Shown here: in pieces, positions 24,701 to 37,700 of the stretch
Layout: each line of letters opens with the position of its first letter
Position numbering within the stretch: the first letter of the stretch is position 1
DNA from: Octopus sinensis
Lineage: Eukaryota
Direction of reading: 5' to 3'
DNA: 64,000 nt
Assembly: GCF_006345805.1 (NCBI RefSeq)
Contig: NC_043009.1
Span: forward strand, 34,348,001-34,412,000
Program-made: the position numbers and the translations under genes
Notes under the pieces: model-generated
Database searches by the model: none
Seen by the model: the letters and a program-made list of their open reading frames with translations, nothing else
Told to the model about the DNA's origin: nothing

Positions 24701-27700
24701 GATAAAGATTACACACACACACATATATATTTGTGTGTATACTTCTAAATTTCCACACACATCCTTCCATATGTTGTATAATGTCTCTCACTCTCTTTGT
24801 ATTTGTAAATGTGATTTTATACCCACATTATCTTTTCTTTCTTTCTAACCCTAGGTGAGAGTTATGTACTTTGTTACATTTCTTAAAGTTTTTGTGGCTA
24901 ATATCACTTACCGTGTCCAAATCCAGCAGTAGCTGGAACTGTTTTGGCCTCATGAGTTGGAGGATAGCGTAGTCTTGTTTCAAGACCTATTAATACAACC
25001 AAATGAATAATGATGGAAGCAACATTCATACCAAAGTACAATTTTAAAATAAACATACAGACAACATAGATGTGTCATAAACTAAATACTAACACCTCTC
25101 AACATATAAATCTAATGGTCATGCAGTGATGTCACATTGGCCTAACCTATAATAAAGAGGCAGCAACACAACAACATTCTGAAGATGAGACCATGAAAGT
25201 CTAGAAACATTTTTGATAGATTTAGGAAGTTTCTTCTTTCAAACAACAACTTACAAAAAAATATGAAAAAACTTCATAAAAAGAAAAGATAAAATTATAA
25301 AACGCTCATGTTTTCAAGATGTGTATTTATCAGCAAAAAAAAAAAAAAATTGATAAATCGGTGTAATATTTATTTTGTGAGTTATGTCCCTTTATAATTG
25401 TTGCAACTATCGAGGTGAGGTGGGGGTTTGATGTTTCAGACTAAAATCACTGGAGTTCTCCAAAATGGAAAAATCCAAAAATTGAAACCAGTAACAGAAT
25501 GCAAACTATTTCAATCCTGCACTTGAAACATTTCTGAAAATTCTAACTCTTATTGTTATAATCATCATCATTTTAACATCCAGTTCTCCATCATATTGAC
25601 GTATTGTTGAAGGATGCATCTTCAGAGAGGCTTATCATCATTTCTTCTCTATACAGTGTCATTTTATATTAGGTTCAGTGGAGGCGCAATGGCCCAGTGG
25701 TTAGGGCAGCGGACTCGCGGTCGTAGGATCGCAATTTCGATTCCCAGACCGGGCATTGTGAGTGTTTATTGAGCAAAAACACCTAAAGCTCCACGAGACT
25801 CCGGCAGGGATGGTGGTGATCCCTGCTGTACTCTTTCACCACAACTTTCTCTCACTCTTACTTCCTGTTTCTGTTGTACCTGTATTTCAAAGGGCCGGCC
25901 TTGTCACTCTCTGTGTCACGCTGAATATCCCCGAGAACTATGTTAAGGGTACACGTGTCTGTGGAGTGCTCAGCCACTTACACGTTAATTTCACGCGTAG
26001 GCTGTTCCGTTGATTGGATCAACCGGAACCCTCATCGTCGTAACCGACGGAGTGCTTCCATCCATATTAGGTTCAACATCCAGAGCTCTGTCAAACTTTA
26101 CTACAACCACCTCTGCTCTTCTAAACTACCTAGCTACACACTATTACTTCTTCATTCAGCACCAAAACAACAGACCTCCTATCTCACTTCTGTCTGACAC
26201 TAAAACTGAGTCCATTAGGGTTAAACACTTCTGGAAATTTCACTTTTACTATGTTTCTCCCCACAAAATTTAAACTGAGCATCAACTACATCAACCTATA
26301 TAAGTAATGGGTGCTATCCCTCCTCCTTCTACTAACTGAAAAGATGAGCTAATAAGGGAGCACTTTCATGGCCACTCAACCTACAAGGAATAATAATCCC
26401 AAATCCCTCAGACTACACCCTGCTATTTTAAAAAGGAAAAGATGGGAGGGTCATGGCTAGATGCCTCTGATCATGAATCTGTATTGAGGCAGTGAAAGAA
26501 TAATAGTATTAGTAGTAGTGAAGGAGGAGGAGGACAAAAATCTGTTTTGGGTACTTTGCATTATCAGCACCCAACCCCTTTTTGATCACCAGTTAGTGAT
26601 GTCAGTCAACATTAATTCCAATCACCTCTGAGATCAATATTGTATATTGATAGGAGGCAGGTATATCAGATATAATTATCTTTAGTATAACATGTCTTTA
26701 TGCTGTTGTGGTTTTACCTTAGGTGAAACCTGACTGAACAGACTTTGAACTGTGAGCATCCTGTTCATCTTTTTGTATAGCTAACACAATGTGATCCTTT
26801 ACTAAATTATTAGAGTGCGAGTAATTTGAGGTAATGTGGCTGCTATTCCTAATATTACAAATTACCATCTGAATGAGAAAGTGCAAAACTGTTGAATTAC
26901 AAATAGACATAAAAGAAATATAAACAAGTCTGGTGGAAGTTTGAGTAAATGTGGCCTCACAGGACATGCCCCTACTTTACAGCTACATCAGTTACAAATT
27001 GTTCACTCAGTGGCCCCGGAGTATGCCCAACAATGATGCAAATTAGTATACTAACAGAGACTCCCTCACTGACTCACTACTTGTCTTTATTTTCTTGACT
27101 CCATCACCCTCTGAATAGAAGAAATACAAAATTAACACTGATGAAATTTAGAAAGATGAAACAATACTGCAAGGTATTTAGTATCATGCTTTACTTTTCG
27201 TTTTTTTTTTTTAAATTACAATTTGCAAACTCTACTACCTGCAGAGTTATGTTTATGATAATAAATAAGATCAGCCATTGTATCAAAAGTATTTTTCTCG
27301 TGCAAGTAAAATTTTCCATCTGGCGTTTCCTTTATATGGTAGTGGCGAGACTTCCTGAAATTTAAAAGGAAAAAACAAAAACTAAATAAATTAATAACAA
27401 AATATAATTAAATGTAAAGTAAAACTCCACCCCAACCACCACCAGCCAGAGCAATCTACTTTTGTCATTAATATCCTATCCATGGAAATGTCAAACCTTT
27501 CCATGGATAGGTCAAACGGCTGACCTTTATGTGCCTCACAGTAATGATCAACTATTGACTCCATAGGAAGGAAAATGTAAACCAATGCAATATAAAATAT
27601 TTTAGAATACATCCAATCATTTCTTTTCAGTCCTTTCTTCCTAAAATTATTGTAACCTCAAACCATTCCCATAATCCCATGTTTTCCTTGAATTTGTAAC

Positions 27701-28901
27701 AATTTGAACTAAACATCAACTCCCTTGATCAGTTTAATTCCTTACATACTTTCAGACAAAAAACAAAAAAAAAAAATTTGTTTTCATATATTCAGATTAT
27801 GAAGATGATCTTTCCTTAAATTATGTTATGCCAGCCTTGAAATGCTGTTTTTTAAGTTGCTTTTGTTTTCACTTTAGCTCTTGGACAATTGCTGGTCTTG
27901 ACCATCTAGACTGTCTTTTTTTTTTAGTTCTTTCAGACATACATAGCATGTATTTAGGGATACAGTCACCAATATGTCTTACCATATTTAAGATAGTAGA
28001 AGATTTGGCTGCAATTTCTAGTAGCTTAACCAATGTTGTAAAAGTCTTTTTCATAAACCTCTGTTTTAGGATAGGCATCTTCCATGTTATGGAAGCATTG
28101 CACCACTAAAAACCTTGCCATAATGTGGCAGTTTGAAATATAAAACCTATTTAACTATTGACTATTTAATGTTCTGGAATATCATGTTACAACATAGTTT
28201 TTATTCAATGCAATAACATAGCAGGTGCCTTTGTTATGTATGCTGATGTATAATGTCAGAGTTTCTTTAAGCAACTCCTTTTGCATCAGTTATAATAGTG
28301 CCAGTTACTCCTCAGAAGTAGCTTCTAGCCTGCATTTCCACTCTGTTCATACAACTCACTCATCCCTCCTTTTGTCATCAATCACCCAAGCTGTGTATAC
28401 TTCCTTACTCCACATTTCATACTAACTATTTCATCCCATCCTTTCCCCTTGAAAGCCATTCCTCTGAAATTTCTTCTCTGCTCATGTTTGCCCTGTAGCT
28501 CTTGAGTTGTAATTATTCATGATCATTTATTCAAGTCAATCTAACTGGTGTTAAAGAAGAGTGATGTCCTTTACTCCATACCAAACCATTAAAAACAGCA
28601 AATGTCAAAACTACATCAAATATATTATGTTTTTATTGAATTCATATCATATTTAGTGGACAAGAGCATCATAAATTTACAGGTTTCTAATGAGATAAAC
28701 AATAATTCACAATATTTTCAATAGTGACAATAACAATGGGGTACCTATGCAACTTGGGCAGAAAAAATATAAGGCATTTTTTTGTCTTTTGAAAACCCCA
28801 GCTTATCAATTTGTTTTCATTGTGGTTTACATCGTTCATAGATATATGTCAGCAAAAGTTATGCACACACATTATATATATATATATATATATACACACA
28901 C

Positions 28902-28958
<57 letters not shown>

Positions 28959-29161
28959 AGAATTTACGAAAAAAACAAAAGAGGAAGGCAGGTGGTGTAC
29001 AAAACAAACAGATGTATTAGTATAATGCTCAAGAATAGAAAAAGTCTTTTATGTTTCGAGCCTATGCTCTTCTACAGAAAGGGACACAGAAAAAAGGAGA
29101 GAAACAAGGAGAGAAAAAAAGGAGAGAAAAAAAATGTGTGTAGTGGCAAACGATCCATCAT

Positions 29162-29204
<43 letters not shown>

Positions 29205-32200
29205 TATATATTATATAAATATATATATATATTAGCCTGGGTACATGGTGAAATACCCAAGCAATAACTTGATGAATTAAAAGTAAAATAAAACCATATT
29301 GAATAAATGTGTTTTATTAATAAATTAAATCTGATAATTTTACTATTGATTGTCCCTCTTACTAACTTGACTCTGGGTTATGTCATGTGGAAATGCAACA
29401 ATCTGATAAACCATGTTTCAAAGTCCAGAAGTTTCTCTCTCTAGGATTTACTTATATATAAAGTCACAGAATTTCTTTACAAACCAGTAAACCAAATCAT
29501 GCCATGAGAATAAAACATTATTTATGCTAGAAAAATAATGAAAATGCATTTCATATTATATGGATTTAATCGGAATTCTTATCTTTATGAATACTGTGAA
29601 ATTTTAGCCTAAAATTAGTGATAAACCATTGACATCCAAATGAATTAAATTAAATCAGCTTAAAATCTTCTGGATCTTATAAATATTTTCAAATTCTCAT
29701 AACAATATTTGTTTCTGAAAAATTCTTGCTTTTTATAGAAATTTCTTTCAGAAAATATATAAAAGTCTTTTGAACTCTCTAAAAATTTTGAACTCCTTAA
29801 AAAATTTTCTACTCCTACTAAAGAATCTCTGCCACCTATAAATAGAATAACTACACTGGTAATAAAAATTACTATTTCATTTTTGTATTTGGTTTGCGAG
29901 ATTCTTTATGTGAATTCATGTGTTGAAGCATATTTTATTATGTCTGGAGAGAGTCATTCTCTTTTAGTGCCTTATTATTTAACACACTCACTGGTTTCAT
30001 TTCCACTCATTTACTTATTTATTTTTTAAAAGATTTTCATTGCATCTTGCAACCTTTTCAATAGTTATTGACTGTCCATTGTCAGAGCTGCATTCTTTTT
30101 GTTTGTTTGTTTGTTTATGCACATGCATTTGTGCATCATTGTGCATGTGTATAGACATATGTATGTGTGCATATGCATGTATGCACACATATCAATTTTA
30201 TCCCTGATATTTGTCGGTCTTGTACCACGTGTTCACTCTGTTTGCTTTGTCATATCTCTTTGTATTCTATTCCAGTCTTTACTTCTATATGTAGGGCAGG
30301 TACCACTGGTTTCATTACATATGATGTTATCTAACTTCTTTCTAGCTCCCCTGTATAACTGAACTCTATCTTTCTGATCATATCCAGAGAATTGCATGCA
30401 GTGCATGGAATTCTGTACATGTTTCTTTGTTTCATAGGGTTTGCATAGTGGGGACACATGGTTCATTATTCTAAGTCTGCTATCATTATGCTGATTTTTA
30501 TGTGTGACAAAGCTGAGTTCTTGTGAACAACATATTTAGAAGCTATTGGTTTCATATAATAGGAGTGGAGGAACTGTACTCTGTTGTTCACAGTCTCTAA
30601 CCAAAGTTTAGTACCAAGGACAGGGAGTCTATTGTTAGGGTGTCTAGTGGGGTAATCTATAGTTACTTTGATACTTTGGGGGATAGAGTTAGCTTTATGA
30701 TGGATGCTCTCCATTATGTTCCTTTTGGTTTCTACACTGCAGTTACAAGAGTTTGTCCAAACTAGAATATATATATATATATATATGCATACACACAGAC
30801 GCATACATGCATATGTGTATACACATGCACACAAAGAAACAAAGAAAAAGAATGTGGCTCTGATAATGGACAGAGTCAACAACTATTAAAAAGGTTGCAA
30901 GATGCAATGAAAATTTTAGAAAAAATAAATAAATAAATGAGTGGAAATCGAACTGGTGAGTGTGTTAAATAATAAGGCACTAAAAGAGAATGACTCTCCC
31001 CAGACAATGAAAATTATTAAATTATCAGAAAAATATTATCAAAAAGTATATAAAAATGTCACATGGATACGTTGAATAATTAGAAGAATAATTAAAATTA
31101 AGGGTGGCAAGAAGGCAATTTTCTAGGCCCAAATGAGCAAAAAGTGTGCTTTTGTTCTTTCTTTTTTTTTTTTCCAGTTGATTCTGAATCTGATTTTAGT
31201 TTTTCTTTAGAAAAGTGTTTGGGTGGACACTTATGCATGCATGATTACAGACATACATGTCTGACCACTTTTTACATCCATACACACACACATGTATGCA
31301 CACACACACACACATTTATAGTCACTTACACAGTTTCAGTCACTCAAAATCCACTGGTAAATTTGAGGCTATGTTTGAAGACACCTGCCAAAAATATGAG
31401 ACAATGGGACTGATATGAGAACCAGGTTGCAAAGTGAACTTCTTAGCCTGCCAACCATATTTCAGAAGTAGTTTCATATCTTCAGTGGAAAGATCTTTTA
31501 TTTGAGACTGAGGTGCAGGACGAACCTCAACAATAGTAAAAGCAAAGGAATTATATCTCTGATAAAGAAACACATACAAAAAGATTTAAAAATACAATTG
31601 AGACTCATTTTCTGAAGTTATTTGAAGACTGTGAGGTACTTACTCTTTACAATAAACAGAGATAGTGTAGACATTTCCTTTTGTTGTGGAATCACGCACC
31701 ATAAAACAACCATCACGACCATCCTTCTTCAGCAGCATCTCACAATATTGTCGAGTGATGTCTTTATAATACCAACTATGAGAGAGAAATGGAACAGTAG
31801 TAGAGTTGGTGGTTAAAACATTGAAATAGGTTAGCAGATAGGTACAATAGGAAGATGAAGTGGAGGTGGTAGATGCTAAATGGAAGGAGGAGGAGGGATA
31901 TGATAGAAGATTGTTAGAAAATAGTGTGCATGGAGTAACACAGGGATAAAATTTATATTCATCATCATCATCATCTTCGTTTAGCGTCCGCTTTCCATGC
32001 TAGCATGGGTTGGACGGTTCAACTGGGGTCTGGGAAGCCAGAAGGCTGCACCAGGCCCAGTCTGATCTGGCAATGTTTCTACGGCTGGATGCCCTTCCTG
32101 ACGCCAACCACTCCGTGAGTGTAGTGGGTGCTTTTTACATGCCAGACGAGGCTGGCAAACAACCACGATCGGATGATGCTTTTTACGTGCCACCGGCATG

Positions 32201-32797
32201 GGGGCCAGGCGAGGCTGGCAACAGCCCGAGGCTGTTTCATCAATTTAGTAATTCTAATTGTTCAATTAAAGGAACTCTCTACTCATTGTATTATACTCCT
32301 ATGTTGAATATTCCAATGTATACATGTTGAACATGTCAACAGTTTATATATTTCTTTGTGTGTGAGTATGTGTGTATATTAGACTGTGTCAAACAAATGA
32401 GAGAAGAGTGTTCAATACATGTTATAGAGGATATGGTTAATTGAAAATAAATTTTTATCTTGTATCTCGAGTTTCATGCCACTGTAATCTTGCCTGAAGA
32501 TTGCAATGCTGTATGATGAATATATTTTCTTTACAATGCTGTACGATGAATATATCTTCTTGACTGACAGTTTCATCTTGTGATTTTTCAAATGGAAATA
32601 AAAATACCAGTCACTGAAATTTATGATATTTTCAAATTCTGAAATAATACTACTCTACATGTAGTATTGAGTATACAGTACTCTAACCCATCTCCCTATC
32701 ACCCTACATGCACACAGTGTACTTAAAGTAAGTTCTTTAAGAAATTTGAAAATAGAAAAAAATTCATTAAAACAAAAATACTGAAGTAAATATAATA

Positions 32798-32855
<58 letters not shown>

Positions 32856-32856
32856 G

Positions 32857-32895
<39 letters not shown>

Positions 32896-32896
32896 C

Positions 32897-32928
<32 letters not shown>

Positions 32929-32957
32929 TATCATCATCATCATCGTTTAACATAAAT

Positions 32958-32989
<32 letters not shown>

Positions 32990-34625
32990 CACACACATAC
33001 ATACAGGGTGTGTAAGATGTTTGAGGACAGATTTATGTTTATAAGAAAAACAGATAGATAATAACTTTATTAAAAAATGTTATGAGGATAAAAATAAACC
33101 TTCATTTCTATAATGTTATTCAATAAAGCCACCTTCAGCTTCTATACAAGATCTAAATTGTCTACATGCTTGAAACAAGTGGTCCTGGATTCATTTTGGA
33201 CATTGCTCTGAATATGGTGGCTTTCAAAGAATCTTTGGTGTTATGGACATGTTCATTGACCTCTCTCTCAATGCTCCACACATCCAATCAATTGAGTTCT
33301 GGGGAATTGGGAGGCCAAATATTAGGGGTTATGTGATCATGAAAATTTTCAGCTAGTCATTCCTGCATTACTTGAACCTTGTGTGATGGTGCAGAGTCTT
33401 GCTGAAACATATATGGCCTTCCATTACATGCACAGTACATTAGGGTAGAGCAAAAGAGGTACTTTTACACAGATTTTCAAAATATGTTTTCAAGAATATA
33501 TTTCTTATCCAAGGCTTAACAACTCTTTTGAAGACCTCAGTGTAGGTGGCAGAGTTAACTCTAAGGCCTTGAGGAATGAAGTAAGGAGGTATCACATGTC
33601 CTTCATTGCTGACAACCCCTAAAACCATGATAGTTACAGGAAATTTTGTATACATAATTCTTGGAACTTCAGAAGGGTCTGCACATAACAATCTGTCATT
33701 TCTTCTGTTAACTTTTTAATCTTGGTCAAAGTTTTTCTCATCTGAGAAAAACCAAAACAAATCTTCTTCTGCTGGACTTTTCAATTTGTTTAAGAGCCCT
33801 TTAAATCTGATGTAGTAATTTTCTTTTGCTTTTTCTGACATAAATCGATCCTTCCTCATCACATAAGACTAATATCTGATGTCATTGTTCCTTCTGACAC
33901 ATGGAAATCTTTTGCAATTGATCTCATGGATTTTCTGGGATTGTAATCAATGGTCTGTTGAACTTACTGGATAAATTCAAGTGTTCTGATGATTTCAGAG
34001 TGTTTAGAATGATTTGTATAATTTGATACTGGTGATGTTTCCATCTTTGGTCTCTAACTTCTTACGAACTTTGTAGATGAAAGATCCAGCAACTTTTAAA
34101 AGCTGAGATATTTCTAAATCGTTATGCCCAACCTTTATAGCCACAATACCAGCATGCCTCTTCATTTCTTGAGTAAGCAGAGTATCTGCCATTATTATTT
34201 TCTGAAGAAAGATTATATAGAGTTAGGAAAAAATTCAGCAATGACACCCCACCCCCCCAAAAAAGTATATCCTCAAATACCTTATGCACCCTGTATATAT
34301 ATTGACCTCTTATACATCCTGACTTTATGGTTATGTATGTGTGTGTGTGTGTGTATATATGACAGTGTGTATATATATATGTATGTTTGTGTGTGCATGT
34401 ATGTATGTACTTGTATACACACACAAAAGCAATCCGCATGCATTATGTATATATTAAGATATATAGAAAAGTAAACAAAGATCTTACTCAAATATTTCCA
34501 GATCACACAGTTTCTTCACATAGTTGGATGGAATGTAGCCTTTCTCCCTGTGAGAAAAGAGAGAGAGAGAGAAACAGAGATAAGAGAGAATGAAACAGGT
34601 ATGAGAGAGAGAGAGAGAGAGGGAG

Positions 34626-34724
<99 letters not shown>

Positions 34725-37700
34725 AAGAGTTAATCAACTTGCCCTCGTTTGTTCTTTGCAAGCCACCAGTGCTCATTGGAGTCATTAAGTATTTCATAGC
34801 GCTCTCCCTGCATGAGATAAGTAAATTATAGTTATTAGACTGTTTAGCAATGCCATTTATTAACGAACAATGTTTTCTTCTGCTTTTTTGGAGCTGCTGT
34901 ATATGTTGAATGTAAAATTTGAATCTTAATATGTTAATCAGAGGTTCAAGTTGTACAGCAGATAGAGTCTTAATATTTCTTGAACAGTTGACTTCTGTAT
35001 CAAAATATCTCTCTCTTTTACTCTGTTGCTTGTTTCAGTCATTTGACTGCGACCATGCTGGAGCACCGCCTTTAATCGAGCAACTCAACCCCGGTACTTA
35101 TTCTTTGTAAGCCCGGTACTTATTCTTTGTAAGCCCAGTACTTATTCTATCGGTCTCTTTTGCCGAACCGCTATGTTACAGGGACATAAACACACCAGCA
35201 TCGGTTGTCAAGCAATGCTAGAGGGACAAACACAGACACACAAACATACACGCACACACACACATATATATGACGGGCTTCTTTCAGTTTCCATCTACCA
35301 AATCCACTCACAAGGCTTTGGTCGGCCCGAGGCTATAGTAGAAGACACTTGCCCAAGGTGCCACGTAGTGGGACTGAACCCGGAACCATGTGGTTGGTAA
35401 GCGAGCTACTTACCACACAGCCACTTTCAGAAGAATTTCAAACATGCAAGCATAGAAAAATAGACATTATTAAAATGATGATGATAATCTTCCAATACAG
35501 TAAACTCACAGAATAGAATATATTTTACATCTGGAAAACAGAAAATATATTTTATCAGTAAAATCAATAATGTAATTTTTTCCTCTTACGAAAGCATTTT
35601 CATATGAAATTGACTTCAGAATTACAAAAATAAGTTATGGAATTTCTGTAGTATATTTGAGGGTATATAAATTTGTTGTTATTTACCCCAGATTAGCTCT
35701 ATAGAAGCAAACAATGATGAAAGCTGTTCAAACCTCAATTTCCCCACATTTCAGTCTCAAACACTCATGGACTACATTCTTGAATGTCATTTTCTATGGC
35801 TTCAGTGTGTGATATGAAATTTGGTTGCTATTTCTAGCAAATTGAATGACTACACAGAGGCTCCTTCCAGCTGCCTAGTTTCAGATACAAACATTGCAAC
35901 CTAGTTTTAGCTTAACCCTTTAGCATTCAAACCAGCCATATCCGGCCTAAATATTTTACCTCCTCTTTGTTCAAAACCAGTAAGATCCAGCCTCTTACCC
36001 TATCCTACAACATTATTCCCAAAGTAAAGAGTCACATCACAGAAATCTCACAGCTATGAGATAATGCATGATTAAGTCAATGCAATGTGAATAAACAAGC
36101 ATCACATTTGGTAGAATAATGGGAATACTAAAGGGTTAAATGAAGTATCTCCATGAACAATTAAAGAAGCTAATCATTCATGGATGAAATTTCAACACAG
36201 GACTGTAACCAAGGTATAATAAATAAATATCATGACAATGTGTTTACATCTGTCTACATAAGCAATAATGGCTAAAAATCTACAGATGTATTTCGTAGTA
36301 CAGTGTAGCATTAATAAAGGAGAAATATAATTGATGTAGGTATACAGGTGTAATTAAATATTTCCCTTGAACCTCTCCTACCCTCTGTTTCTGAAGAAAG
36401 CAGCAGCAATCACTGCCACCCCATCATATACATCTGTTTTCCATGCTGGTATGGGCTGGATAGTTTGTTAGGGTTCAAGTCAGTTCTTATTCAAAGTTAC
36501 TTCCTTCTTAGATTTTAATTTTAAAAAATTTTTAATTGAATTTAATTGGCTCAAAAAGCAAAAGCAAATCCATGTAGGGGGACAGGGAGTTATGTACAGG
36601 GAGGATGGTCATACAAAGAGTGCAGGCCATTTCCGGTCAAGAGAGACTTTGAACCGAGCGGTCGTCGGCATCTTCACTATCTCGTCTGGCAGCTTATTCC
36701 ACGGATCCTCAACCCGGACGGAGAAAACCCCTCTCCTTCGATTGAGATGAAATTGTCGTAGATAGATGGACCAGAGGATCATACCTTACTTGTATGTTCC
36801 ATTTTTGGCATTTATACTATGGTCAGATGTCATTCTTAACACCAACCACTTTACAGAGTGCATTGGGAGCATTTTACCATGACACCAGTACTCTAGAAAT
36901 TGCCTTCTCTTCTGCAAGACTAAGGGGTCTTCTCTATGTTATCTGTGCTTTACCAAGACAAACATGACTAGAAGTATGCAGAGAAGTTGAGTGATGATTA
37001 ACCCCTTCGTTACCAACCCGGCTGAAACTGGCTCTGGCTCTGGCTCTGTAGTACAAATGTCTTGTTTTCATAAGTTTTTAATTAAAATCTTCCACCAAAC
37101 CTTAGTCACAAATACTGTTCCTAACACTAGCTTAATGATAACCAAATTATTTTACTAAATTCTTTGTTATATCTAAAATAATTGGGATAAACACAGATCA
37201 TCTCATAATAAATACAGTAACAAAAGGGTTAAGAGTGTGAAAAGGATGAGAGAGAGACCATGAATATGTGTGTGATGGGGTCAAAAGAGTGATGAGAGAG
37301 TAGGAAAGGTTCAAGGGAAATATTTAATTACACCTATATACTCTTTTACTCTCTGTTACTTCTTTCAGCCATTTGACCGTGGCCATGCTGGAGCACCACC
37401 TTGTAGTCGAGCAAATCGACCCCAGGACTTATTTTTTGTAAGCCTAGTATTTATTCTATCAGTCTCTTTTGCCGAACTGCTAAGTTACGGGGACGTAAAC
37501 ACACCAGCATCGGTTGTCAAGCAATGTTGGGGGGGACAAACACATACATATATACGACGGACTTCTTTCAGTTTCCGTCTACCAAATCCACTCACAAGGC
37601 TTTGGTCGGCCCGAGGCTATAGTAGAAGACACTTGCCCAAGGTGCCACGCAGTGGGACTGAACCCGGAGCCATGTGGTTGGTAAGCAAGCTACTTACCAC

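Noticed and set aside
25178-25215. Hammerhead-like CTGAAGA-T-GAGAC/GTCTA-GAAAC
   Set aside because: The stem II closing pair is broken and no stem I or III can be formed. Probably a very decayed pLTR motif; too weak to call.
25678-25760. tRNA-Arg-like gene
   Set aside because: The B box is degenerate, the acceptor stem is incomplete, and it runs into a repeat body seen elsewhere in the window, so it is a SINE head.
26719-26967. 82-aa minus ORF with exon-like ends between SH2 exons
   Set aside because: Exons g and h already join in phase, the segment contains stops in the compatible reading, and it shows no homology.
28747-29260. Numerous YIYIYI, THTHTH, ERERER and CVCVCV ORFs here and throughout the window
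   Set aside because: They are translations of (TA)n, (CA)n and (GA)n microsatellites, not genes.
31340-31579. 79-aa minus ORF with an acceptor 85 nt after the SH2 exon f donor
   Set aside because: In the phase required by exon f it hits TAA after 19 codons; the long frame has no recognisable motif.
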